The notes: generated by a model not told the origin, from the sequence alone. DNA of 64,000 nt from Candidatus Melainabacteria bacterium 17Bon1m (GCA_032128875.1 JAVLKG010000001.1:96001-160000), one strand, 5' to 3'; numbered from the stretch's first letter, positions 41,825 to 52,700 are shown. Numbers and translations are program-made.

Positions 41825-42814
41825 TTGGGCGTATTTGAATCTGTAGCTGACGCAATCGGCAACACTCCTATCGTAAAAATGAAGCGATTTGGCGCACAGC
41901 AAAATCACAATCACAATCTGTGGGCCAAGCTGGAATATCTCAATCCAGGCGGTTCCGTAAAAGATCGAATTGCGAAAAACATGATCGAGCAAGCGGAGCG
42001 CAAAGGTAAGCTGAAGCCCGGTGGTACCATTATCGAGGCTACAGCCGGCAACACTGGTATCGGTTTAGCAATGCTCGCCGCAATGCGCGGATACAAGCTC
42101 ATCACGATTGTTTCGCAGAAGGTGAGCCAGGATAAAGTAAAACTGTTGAGAACGCTCGGTGCGGAAATTGTAATTACTCCAACCGGCAAGAAGATGGGCG
42201 ATCCGGATCATTTTTTGAGTATCGCCAGGAGATTGACGGAGGAGCATGATGGTTGGTTCGTCGATCAATTCTACAATCCAGACAATGCGCAGGTTCATTA
42301 CGATGTGACTGGTCCTGAAATTTGGGAACAAACTGAGGGTGCGGTCGACGTGATTGTTGCAGGTGCAGGAACCGGCGGCACCTTATCTGGTGCCGGTCGA
42401 TTTTTGAAGGAGAAAAAACCTTCGGTCAAAGTCATTCTCGCCGATCCGGTGGGAAGTATTCTTGCGGATTTATACGATGAAGAGAAAACGACGCCAGCGC
42501 AATACATTGTTGAAGGAATTGGGCAGGATTTTTTGCCGGGCAATTTCCATAAAGCCGTTATTGATTTTGCGATTCGTGTCACTGACGAACAATCAGTTCA
42601 AGCGGCTTATGACTTGATGAAGTTTGAAGGGCTCTTTGGTGGAAGCTCATCTGGATGCATCGCAGCGGCTGCTGCAGCTTGCTGTGTGGATCTTGAAGGC
42701 ACTGGTAAAAATGTACTTGCGATTTTGCCAGATGGTGGAAGAGGTTATATGAGCACCATATATGATGACTCGTGGATCAAAGAGAAATTTCCGAACAAAA
42801 CGTTCGAGCGATAG
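41825..42814 (+). CDS. PLP-dependent cysteine synthase / cystathionine beta-synthase family
   Basis: KLEYLNPGGSVKDR, EATAGNTG, GAGTGGT and EGIG motifs. Confidence 0.92.
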   Translation: MGVFESVADAIGNTPIVKMKRFGAQQNHNHNLWAKLEYLNPGGSVKDRIAKNMIEQAERKGKLKPGGTIIEATAGNTGIGLAMLAAMRGYKLITIVSQKVSQDKVKLLRTLGAEIVITPTGKKMGDPDHFLSIARRLTEEHDGWFVDQFYNPDNAQVHYDVTGPEIWEQTEGAVDVIVAGAGTGGTLSGAGRFLKEKKPSVKVILADPVGSILADLYDEEKTTPAQYIVEGIGQDFLPGNFHKAVIDFAIRVTDEQSVQAAYDLMKFEGLFGGSSSGCIAAAAAACCVDLEGTGKNVLAILPDGGRGYMSTIYDDSWIKEKFPNKTFER

Positions 42815-42945
42815 TACGAGCGAAACATCTTTTTCTGCGCTTTTGATTTTGGACAAAGCACAATCTTTGCTTTAACTCCTTATATAGGGTGGCGGCAGCT
42901 TAAGCTCTATGACCGATATATGTGATTGGTCCCGTCTGGATATCT

Positions 42946-43320
42946 GATCGCCGCGACTTTAGTCTGGACAGTTGATCCGGCGCTTGTTAACAGAAAGTGC
43001 TTTGCGATCTCTATGTCTGAAGCGCATCTCTATAATGCCAAGAATGTGATCGTTAAATGATCTATGGGGTAGTTGATCGTATGCGCTGACGCGATAAACT
43101 AATTGCATAACCGGTGAGCACGTCACTTAAATGTTGAGTGCTTTGAGCCGAGGGGCATTTGTGGAAACTTCAGATCGGCGTCGATCGGAAACCGTAGCAA
43201 AAAGCCCGCACCACGTGAAGGACTGACTGAAGCGTGATGAAATACTGAGCTCTAATGCAAAGAGCAGTCAGGCAGTAGTAAGAATACCAGCGCAGAGCAA
43301 TCTGGCTGGTATTTTTATTT
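42946..43320 (+). repeat. ~370-bp dispersed unit, copy 1
   Basis: Collinear with the copies at 44638, 46276 and 56054; has one extra nucleotide relative to them. Confidence 0.97.
43107..43316 (+). ncRNA. Putative ~210-nt structured RNA, copy 1
   Basis: TTGATC(43073)-16 nt-TAAACT(43095) upstream; covarying stems; terminator 43283-43316. Confidence 0.72.
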
Positions 43321-43368
43321 GCGCCCAACGGACGGCGCGCAGCCTTCAGACTCCATTTCGAAATCGGC

Positions 43369-43515
43369 CGCAGCGCCGGACTCCAGACGGCTTTTTCTGG
43401 GAGCGCCAGCTTCCAGCCGGCTTTTCTGGGAGCGCCAGCTTCCAGCCGGCTTTTTCTGGGACCGTCGGCTTCCAGCCGGCTTTTCCTGGGAGCGCCGGCG
43501 GCTCGCCGGCTTTTC
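43369..43515 (+). repeat. Five tandem ~30-bp REP-like palindromes
   Basis: Consensus GGGAGCGCCRGCTTCCAGCCGGC-TTTT(T)CT. Confidence 0.88.
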
Positions 43516-43564
43516 TATAATGGAGAAGGAAACGCCTCTTTATTAGGCTGCCGGTCCACAATCT

Positions 43565-44599
43565 ATGTCGCTTCTCCTTCAGATTTCACTAGCGTTCGTT
43601 TTTCTTCTTTGGATACTTCCAATAATCCGAGGAGTTGAAATCTGTTTTCGCTCCATAACTCGTTTGTTAGGCGACTCCGCCGATCCCGATAGAGGTGCTC
43701 CTGCGCTCCTTGTCCCAAAGGAAGTTGAGCGCGATGTGCTTCGCCCTATCCCCTTCACTGATCATCGCTACCAGGAGCTCAGGAATGATGTGATTCGAGC
43801 TCGTGCATTGCTTAATCGTTCGCTGGATACTCAACTCGAACTTGAAGAACAGATTCGCGAACTGGAAGAAATCCCTCAGCATCAGGAAGCCGCAGTTACA
43901 GCAGATGCCATTGCAAGACTTCGGAAGGAAATCGATGAGCTTGCTCCACAGCACGACGCTCTGCGCGCTGAGCTGGCTGATAAGGAAAGCGCACTGCAGA
44001 AGGCTTATCCATTGAGACCGATGAGAGGCGCTGCTACAAAAACTGCATCTGCCGTCAAGAAAGAAAACCAAGCCCGTATTGCTAAGGCTGTTCAAACCAA
44101 AATTGACTTTGATGTCAAAAGACGCGAAGAATTTGCGAAAGAAACAAGGCATCGTGCTCAGATTCTTGCGCACATGCGCCTTGTCATTGACGCAGTTGAG
44201 AAACATGCAGTTGGTAAGAGGCGCATCGAAGAGTTGAAAGTCACGATGGAGACTTCGCACCGAGAGATTGAGACAATTAACGCTGTTCTCGCCGAGTGGG
44301 AGTCGAATGAAGATTTCCTATCAGAGAAGTTGGCGACCTTTGAAACCGGCAATGAAGCATTGCAGCGGAGAGTTGAAGAAGCCGCTCAGCGAGACGATCT
44401 CGAGGCTTTGGATGAGGCAGAGATGTTGCTGCTTGAACGTCAGGTTCAAGCCAGTAAGTTCAAGCTTTTGCTGGAAGACTCAATAAAGCAGGGGACCGAG
44501 TTGAAGGAATTGGGCAATAGATTCGAGAAAGTTCGCATTGCTATTTTGAAGAAGATTGTGGCAATTGAACCTAACTATCTCGATTTTAGGGTTGATTGA
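43565..44599 (+). CDS. Membrane-anchored coiled-coil protein, PspA/IM30-like
   Basis: N-terminal TM; YQELRNDVIRARALLNRSL...LRAELADKESALQKAY; paralogue of 45154. Confidence 0.72.
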   Translation: MSLLLQISLAFVFLLWILPIIRGVEICFRSITRLLGDSADPDRGAPALLVPKEVERDVLRPIPFTDHRYQELRNDVIRARALLNRSLDTQLELEEQIRELEEIPQHQEAAVTADAIARLRKEIDELAPQHDALRAELADKESALQKAYPLRPMRGAATKTASAVKKENQARIAKAVQTKIDFDVKRREEFAKETRHRAQILAHMRLVIDAVEKHAVGKRRIEELKVTMETSHREIETINAVLAEWESNEDFLSEKLATFETGNEALQRRVEEAAQRDDLEALDEAEMLLLERQVQASKFKLLLEDSIKQGTELKELGNRFEKVRIAILKKIVAIEPNYLDFRVD

Positions 44600-44637
44600 T
44601 ATCGTTGGACTGGTCACGATGCTGTGTTTTTATATCC

Positions 44638-45013
44638 GATCGCCGTGGCGGTAGCTGCGCTTGTTGATCCGGCGCTTGTTAACAGAATTCGAATTGCGAT
44701 CACTATGTCTAAAGCGCATCTCCAAAATGCCAAGAATGGGATCGTTAAATGTACTGTGGGGTAGTTGAACGTATTTGCAAACGCGATAAACTAATTGCAT
44801 GAACGGTGAGCACGTCACTTAAATGTTGAGTGCTTTGAGCCGAGGGGCTTTGCGGAAACACTAGATCGGCGTCGATCGGAAGCAGTAGCAAGAAGCCCGC
44901 ACCACGTGAAGGACTGACTGAAGCGTGATGAAATACTGAGCTCGGATGCAACGAGCAGTCAGACAGTAGTAAAAATACCAGCGCAGAGCAATCTGGCTGG
45001 TATTTTTGTTTTT
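44638..45013 (+). repeat. ~370-bp dispersed unit, copy 2
   Basis: Collinear with the other copies. Confidence 0.97.
44799..45007 (+). ncRNA. Putative ~210-nt structured RNA, copy 2
   Basis: TTGAAC(44765)-16 nt-TAAACT(44787); terminator 44974-45007. Confidence 0.72.
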
Positions 45014-45050
45014 GCTGATTTGCGCGGATGCGCTGCCCGAGAGAGTGGCC

Positions 45051-45107
45051 GGAGCGTCAGCTTCCAGCCGGCTTTTGCCTGGGAGCGCCGGCGGCTCGCC
45101 GGCTTTT
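45051..45107 (+). repeat. Two REP-like palindromes (same family as 43369)
   Basis: GGAGCGTCAGCTTCCAGCCGGC and GGGAGCGCCGGCGGCTCGCCGGC. Confidence 0.85.
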
Positions 45108-45153
45108 ATAATGGAGTCAGGAACGCCATTGTGAAGGTTGTCGGAGCCTCTGT

Positions 45154-46236
45154 ATGTCGCCACTCCTGGGAATCTCACTAGCGATAATTGTTTTGCTCTG
45201 GGTGATTCCGCTTGCTTGGGCGGTTTCAACTGGCATACGCGCACTACCTCGTTTGGTCGGGGAGTTGATTGATTTCTTCAGAGACTTTTCCAAGCTCAGG
45301 AAAATGTCTGAAGGCGAAAGACACCTCTTGCGCAAAGAGTTACAGCTGGAAGCCGACTATCAGAATCTTCAGGATGAACTGATCCGTATCCGAGCTCTTC
45401 TTGCACGTACAATCGCTTTCAAAAAAGAGCTACTTACAAATATTCAGTCATTGACCAACGAAATATTGGAGAGCGATGCAATTCGAAAGTGCTCAGACAA
45501 TGAGCACCTTTCTGCCCGTGAACGACTTAAAGCGCTTGAACGAGAAGCTGCTGAAGTTGAATTTAAGATTGCTTCTCTTCGTTTTGAGCTGGAAGAGAAA
45601 GAGCTAGGAGTAATGCGAGCTTATTCTAGAAAACAAGTTGTGATTGCCAAAGACAAAGCTGACAATGCTACCGAGAAGGCGCGCAAAATTCTCGACCTTG
45701 TGGAAGCACAACATGCTGAAAATCCGTTACTTAAAATGGAGTTGAAGGTTCGGGCTCGGGAGGCTTCGGCTGATGCAGGTCTTGGTTCTGCAGTTTCTCA
45801 ACAGGCTCTTTCAACCTTTGTTGAGGCAGTTTTTCGCTTGCACATTGAATCTATGCCCTTGGAAAACCTCCAGAAGCTGATTCAACCAATCAATGATGTT
45901 GTAGGAGAGGTCACATCACTTGTGCTGTACCGAGAAGCTATCGAAGAGGTTTTGTCAATGCAGATGAGGTCTTCGGAAGCCGATCTACAGTCTTGGAAGC
46001 ATAAGGCAGCTGAAGCTGCCGCAGAAGATAGACAGTTGCTCATTAAGCAAGCAGAGGTCAATCAGCTTGAGTGCGAAGTTCAGATCGCAAAACAAATCCG
46101 TCAGCTCAAAGAGGAAAGAAACAAATTGGCTGATCTCAGACTCCTTGAAATGAAACTCGCAAAACGAAAAGACGAGATTCTGATGAAGATCGCCGACCTT
46201 CAGGGTGGAGATATGGACTTTTCGCCTGGCGAATAG
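45154..46236 (+). CDS. Membrane-anchored PspA/IM30(Vipp1)-like protein
   Basis: N-terminal TM; YQNLQDELIRIRALLARTIA, RKQVVIAKDKADNA and LLKMELKVRAREASADA resemble PspA helices. Confidence 0.78.
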   Translation: MSPLLGISLAIIVLLWVIPLAWAVSTGIRALPRLVGELIDFFRDFSKLRKMSEGERHLLRKELQLEADYQNLQDELIRIRALLARTIAFKKELLTNIQSLTNEILESDAIRKCSDNEHLSARERLKALEREAAEVEFKIASLRFELEEKELGVMRAYSRKQVVIAKDKADNATEKARKILDLVEAQHAENPLLKMELKVRAREASADAGLGSAVSQQALSTFVEAVFRLHIESMPLENLQKLIQPINDVVGEVTSLVLYREAIEEVLSMQMRSSEADLQSWKHKAAEAAAEDRQLLIKQAEVNQLECEVQIAKQIRQLKEERNKLADLRLLEMKLAKRKDEILMKIADLQGGDMDFSPGE

Positions 46237-46275
46237 TGGTTGTGCACATGTGTGTTTCCCCTGTTCTAATAGTCT

Positions 46276-46649
46276 GATCGTTGTAGTGTTAGCTGTGTCT
46301 GTTGATCCGGCGCTTGTTAACAGAATTCGTTTCGCTATCGCTATGTCCGAAGCACATCTCGATAATGCCAAGAATGAGATCGTTAAATCATCTCTGGGGT
46401 AGTTGAACGTATTCGCAAAGGCGATAAACTAATTGCATAACCGGTGAGCACGTCACTTAAGTGTTGAGTGCTTTGAGCCGAGGGGCTTTGCGGAAACACT
46501 AGATCGGCGTCGATCGGAAACCGTAGCAAGAAGTCCGCAACACGTGAAGGACTGACTGAAGCGTGATGAAATACTGAGCTCGAATGCAACGAGCAGTCAG
46601 GCAGTAGTAAGAATACCAGCGCAGAGCAATCTGGCTGGTATTTTTGTTT
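46276..46649 (+). repeat. ~370-bp dispersed unit, copy 3
   Basis: Collinear with the other copies. Confidence 0.97.
46437..46645 (+). ncRNA. Putative ~210-nt structured RNA, copy 3
   Basis: TTGAAC(46403)-16 nt-TAAACT(46425); terminator 46612-46645. Confidence 0.72.
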
Positions 46650-46785
46650 GCTGTGGTCGCCTTAAGAAGAGTATACTCACGGCAATCAAGCAGTCTGCCT
46701 CTCACTTGACTTTGTTGGTGAATGGTTCAGCAATGTTTTCTCATTTTTTTGTCTTGCAGGGAACATTGGCGCGTCCATCGGCTCT

Positions 46786-49700
46786 TTGATTGAGGAAACT
46801 CTCTTCACTGACCGGTGGTGGATGAAGCAGGTATCGCTTCCAATTTTTGCTCTCTTAGAAGGTGGAAACAGGCAGGAATTCTCTGCTGAAGAGCTGCCTT
46901 TGCGGGCTGAGCTGTTCAGCGCCGACCAGATGGAGCAGCATGGCAGGACCCTTGCCGGACTTCATAAGGTTGAATTTGGGCGAGCGCCAGATCAGCTGTT
47001 GGCTCGCCTGGCAGAAAACGAGCAGGTTTTGACTTATGCCTGCAATATGCTCACAGAAGCCGTCAATGACAACAGACGCATTACCTCTGCCGGTGAATGG
47101 CTTCTAGACAATTTCTACCTGATCGAAGAGCAGATAAGAACAGCCAAGAGGCACTTACCGAAGGGCTATAGCCGGGAATTACCTCACCTGATCAGTGGTG
47201 TGTCAGTGGGATTTCCTCGGGTCTATGACATCGCGCTGACCAATGTTTCGCATGGCGATGGAAAGTTGGACCCGGATAGCCTCGATCGTTTCGTGGCTTC
47301 TTACCAGACTGTCACAGAGTTGAAGATTGGCGAACTGTGGGCTATCCCGATTATGTTGCGGTTGGCTCTCATTGAAAACTTGAGAAGAGTCGCAGTGCGA
47401 ATGGTTATTCATATGAATGAGCATTTGCAGGCTGGTATCTGGGCCGACAAAATGATCGATGTAGCGACCAGTGATCCCAAAAGTTTGATTCTCGTGATCG
47501 CAGATATGGCGCGCTCCAATCCACCGATGGTAAGCGCTTTCGTCTCGGAGTTAGCTCGAAAGCTGCAAGGGCAAAGTTCGTCTCTGGCTTTAGGGCTGAC
47601 ATGGATGGAACAGCGTTTGGCAGAAGCCAGCACCTCCATTGAACAAATGGTACAGGCTGAAGCGCAAATTCAAGCTGCTGACCAAGTTTCGATCAGCAAC
47701 AGCATTGGCTCGCTTCGCTTTCTGGGAGCCATGGACTGGCGGAAGTTTGTTGAAGGGCAAAGCGTCGTTGAAAAAACTCTTCTTGAAGATCCGTCTGGTG
47801 ACTACGGCAAGATGGATTTTTCCACTCGTGACGATTACCGACACGTTGTTGAAAAGCTGTCAAAGAAATGTCGGTTGTCCGAAAAAGAGATTGCGCTTGC
47901 TGCGGTACAACTGGCGAAGAGCAATAAAAATGGTGATGCGAGAAGTAAGCACGTCGGTTTCTATCTGATTGATAAGGGACTGCCGGAACTTGAGAAAACG
48001 GTCGCAGTCAGATTTTCTCTCTGGGATTTGTGCAGACAGTTTGGACGCAGATATTCGCTCATCTCCTATCTGGCTCCAATATTTCTTATTACTTTTGCAG
48101 TCACCGCTGCACTTGCATACGCTGCACATGCGCATGGTGAATCCAAACAGTTTGTCGCAATTACCGCCGTAGTTACATTCGTCAGTGCCAGTCAGTTAGC
48201 CGTATCCCTGGTGAATTGGCTGGCGACCCTTCTGATTCCATCCAAACCGCTTCCGAAGCTTGATTACTCCAAAGGAATTCCTCGCGAGGAACGAACTTTA
48301 GTAATCGTCCCCACGATGATCTCGAGCGTTAGCAATATTGAAGATCTCGTAGAAGCCCTCGAAGTTCGCTTTCTTGCCAACCGAGACGAGAACTTGAGCT
48401 ATGCCTTGCTGACGGACTTTCTCGATGCTGACTCCGAATCGTTACCGCAAGACGAACTCTTGGTGAAAACGATAACCAGCAAGATCAATGAATTGAATCA
48501 GAATTACAAGTCCGGTCCGCGCGATATCTTCTTTCTCTTTCATCGGCCTCGTTTATTCAATCCAGCCTCAAATGTTTGGATGGGCTATGAACGCAAGCGG
48601 GGAAAATTGTCCGCGCTGAATAGTGTTCTTCGTGGAGGCAGTGCAGATTGCTTTTCAACTATTGTCGGCGACTACAAGTCGCTGGTTGGCACCAAGTTTG
48701 TAATCACGTTAGACACCGATACACAGCTTCCGCGTGATGCCGCCCGGCAATTTGTCGGCGCGATGATGCATCCTCTGAATAGAGCGCATTTCGATGAAAA
48801 CAGAAAATTGGTAACCAGTGGATATGGGATTCTTCAACCTCGCGTTGGAGTTTGCCTGCCCGGCACAAGTCTGTCTCGCTATGCGGCTCTGCAGGGAAAT
48901 GATCCTGGTATAGATCCTTATACTCGGGCTGTTTCTGATGTATACCAGGATGTGTTCTATGAGGGCTCATTCATCGGTAAAGGTATTTACGATGTTGAGA
49001 TTTTTGAAAAAACGCTAAGTGATCGTTTCCCTGAAAACTGCATCCTAAGCCACGATTTGCTCGAAGGCTGTTACGTGCGTTCTGGACTTTTAAGCGACGT
49101 CCAACTTTACGAAGAGTATCCCTCCGGTTACAGTGCAGACGTCGCCAGGCGTCATCGCTGGATTCGTGGTGACTGGCAGATCATTTCATGGTTAGGCGGG
49201 GATGTTCCTGTTTTAGGAAAGAGAAGGCAAAAAAATCCAGTTTCCTTTCTATCGCAGTGGAAGATCTTTGACAATTTACGCCGAAGCCTTGTACCTTCAT
49301 CGCTAGTTACAATGTTGATTGTGGGCTGGGTTTCACCGTCACCATCTTGGATTTGGACTGCATCAGCCTTGGCGATCCTTTTCATTCCTTCAATCGTCTC
49401 TTCTTTGTTGGAGTTAGTACGTAAGCCTGAAGACGTTCTCTGGAATCAGCATATTGCAAGCGCTCTGAGTTCTTCTGCGCGCAATTTGGGGCAAGCGATG
49501 TTCAATCTCGCGTGTCTTCCGTACGAAGCAACATACAGTCTTGATGCCATCTTTCGAACTCTGTTTCGCATGACTGTGACGAAAAAACATTTACTGGCTT
49601 GGTATCCGTCGAGTGAAGCCAATCGCAAACAACGTCGAGATTTCGTGGGCATTTATTCCCAAATGTGTAGCGCACCCACAATTGCATTAGGTGTTCTTGC

Positions 49701-52700
49701 TTATGTGATTGCGCAAAAGCCATTAGATATTGTTGCTGTTGGACCGATAGTCTTGCTCTGGATGTTTTCGCCGGCGATTGCCTGGTGGTTGAGTCGTCCG
49801 CTAGCAGTTAGTGGTTCCAATCTGACTGACGAACAACGTATTTTTCTTCGCAAAATTGCTCGTAGGACATGGGCTTTTTTCGAGACATTTGTAACGGCTG
49901 AAGACCATTGGCTGCCACCTGATAACATGCAAGAGTTGCCTATACATGTGGTTGCACATCGCACGTCGCCAACCAACATGGGAATGTCTTTATTGGCCAA
50001 CCTCGCGGCTTACGATTTTGGCTTTATTCAGTCGGGCGAATTGGTTGAGCGCACGTACAGCACCCTGGTGACAATGCGTGCTCTAGATAGTTATAGAGGG
50101 CATCTCTATAACTGGTATGACACTATAACGCTTAAACCGCTCAAGCCCTTGTACGTGTCCACTGTAGACAGCGGCAATCTCGCTGGACACCTTATCACAC
50201 TGAAAGCTGGACTCTTGGAGCTGTTTGATGAGCCAGTAATCTCCGTGCAGGTCTTTTCTGGACTACAAGATACGCTTGACGTGCTCAAACAGACTGTCGG
50301 GGAGAAGATTGTTATCCCTGAATTAACCACATTTGATGACCTTCTCAAGACAGCGAAACTTGACCCTCCTACCACAGTCACTGGTCTTCATGAATGGTTC
50401 GAGCAACTTCAGAAATGCGCTGAAGAAATAACCATTCGCGTTGGCGAAACACCGGGCACGGAGATAAAGCATTGGGTGCAGGCTCTTAAACGTCAGGTGT
50501 CTGCTGCGTTGATGGAGCTGACTTTGTTGATTCCGTGGACGGCGTTGCCGGGCTTGAATACTGTGTCTGAGAGGATCCCGCAGATTGAACAGACTCCTAC
50601 TTTGCGAGAACTGTCAACAATATACGACAGCCTGTCTCCGATCATTCAGAAGAGTTGTACGTCTGACCGTCCAATGCAAGAGCTAAAATGCTTCGCCGAA
50701 TTGTTGGCGCTCCTTTCCGAAGCCAGTCGTCGCGCAAAGGAGCGCATCGGCATTATTAGTCAACTTGTGATGCATGTCGAAGAACTAGCCCAAATGGAAT
50801 ATGACTTTCTTTATGACAAAAGCAAAAGGTTGCTGGCGATCGGTTATAACGCCGATGAGAAAAGAGTGGATGCCAGCTACTACGATTTGCTCGCGTCCGA
50901 AGCGCGTTTGTGTAATTTCGTCGCGATCGCACAGGGGCAGTTGCCGCAGGAAAGCTGGTTTGCTCTGGGACGGTCGTTAACAACGGCGGGTGGCAAGCCC
51001 GTGTTGTTCTCCTGGTCTGGCTCCATGTTTGAATATTTAATGCCATTGCTGGTAATGCCAAACTATAAAAATACTCTGCTAGATCAAACATACCATGCGT
51101 CAATTGAGAGACAAATTGAATACGGTAATCAGCGAAATGTGCCATGGGGAATTTCCGAGTCAGGGTATTTCGCGGTTGATGCGCATCTCAACTACCAGTA
51201 TCGTGCCTTTGGTGTTCCCGGGTTAGGCTTAAAACGTGGATTGGCGCAAGATCTGGTTATTGCGCCATATGCGACGGTGCTGGCATTAATGGTGGTGCCT
51301 GATGAGGCCTGCGAAAATTTGGAGAGGTTGACGTCTGAAGGTTTCGCAGGATCATACGGATTTTATGAGGCTGTTGACTATACTGCCGCGCGAATTCCGC
51401 GCGGACACAGCAGAGCAATTATTCAATCGTATATGGCGCACCATCAGGGCATGAGCTTTCTCTCCCTTGCTTACACTCTGCTCGATCAACCTATGCAACG
51501 GCGCTTTGTGAGCGATCCATCATTTCAATCTACTCTACTTTTGCTGCAAGAGAGAATACCTAAGGCGACGGCGTTCCACTCGCAAACGGCAGAAACCGCA
51601 GAGGTGCGCTTCGGGTCCGCGGCTGATGAAGCGCCGGTCCGTTTCTTTAGCAGTCCTAATACGACAGTTCCCGAAATACAGCTACTATCCAACGGTCGAT
51701 ATCATGTGATGATGACGAACGCGGGCGGCGGCTACAGCCGCTGGAAAGACCTGGCTATAACCAGATGGCGTGAAGATACAACGCGCGACAACTGGGGAAC
51801 GTTTTGTTTTATTCGGGACGTATCAACCGGTGAATTCTGGTCGACAGCATATCAGCCAACTCTCAAGCAACCCGATAGATACGAAGCAATTTTCTCTGAG
51901 GCACGTGTCGAGTTCCGCAGGCGCGACTTTGATTTCGACACACATACCGAAATCGTCGTTTCTTCAGAGGACGATATTGAGTTGCGAAGAGTACGCATAA
52001 CAAATCGCTCCCGGTCACGCAAGACGATTGATGTGACGAGCTATGCTGAAGTTGTGCTTGCAAATCCTAATCATGATAATGCGCACCCTGCATTTAGTAA
52101 TTTATTTGTGCAAACGGAGCTTATCGATCAGGGTCATGCAATTCTCTGCAACCGCCGACCGCGATCTGCGAATGAGCATCAGCCGTGGATGTTCCATTTG
52201 ATGTCTGTTCATGGTGCCACCACAGGAGATGTGTCACGAGAGACAGATCGTGCGAAGTTTATTGGCCGTGGAAATTCACTCTCTAACCCTTCTGCTATGA
52301 ACACTCCGGGACTGCTATCGAATACCCAAGGTTCTGTACTTGATCCTGTCGTTTCGGTTCGTTATCAAATAGTTCTTGACCCTGAAAAGTCCGCGATAGT
52401 AGACATAGTTACCGGTGTTGCCGACACCAGAGAAACTTGCATTAGCTTGGTCGAGAAATATCAGGATAGAGGGCTTGCTGATCGTGTTTTTGATTTGGCC
52501 TGGACACACAGTCAGGTTGTGTTGCGTCAGTTGAACGCTAATGAAGCGGACGGTCAACTTTATGCTCGCTTGGCGAATTTAGTGGTCTATGCAAGCAGTA
52601 CACTGCGCGCCGACGCTTCCGTGATAATCAAAAATCGGCGTGGTCAGTCCGATTTGTGGGGATATGCAATATCCGGCGATTTGCCGATTGTTTTGCTGCA

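Noticed and set aside
43223-43271. Hammerhead ribozyme core in the CTGA/TGATGAAA region
   Set aside because: There is no CUGANGA followed by stem II and GAAA; the sequence is GUGAUGA-AAUA-CUGA.
43107-43316. T-box, known riboswitch, or IS110 bridge / TIGR guide RNA
   Set aside because: I see no UGGNACC T-box bulge or recognisable aptamer core, loops are not variable between copies as guides would be, and there is no recombinase or Nop-domain gene in the window. An Rfam search is still needed.
43369-43515. CRISPR array or coding ORFs (43319-43546, 43346-43561)
   Set aside because: The units are head-to-tail with only 6-7-nt T-rich linkers, with no unique spacers and no cas genes. The ORFs are translations of the repeat.
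46205-46402. Plus-strand peptide VDPALVN...MSxAHLxNAKNxIVK encoded in the upstream block of each unit
   Set aside because: There is no shared upstream start or RBS, copy 1 has a premature TGA, and most changes are non-synonymous. It is better explained as fixed-spacing DNA sites, though not fully excluded.
42946-46649. Integron attC cassette array or MITE
   Set aside because: There are no RYYYAAC/GTTRRRY-bounded palindromes, terminal inverted repeats or target-site duplications that I can identify, and no integrase in the window.
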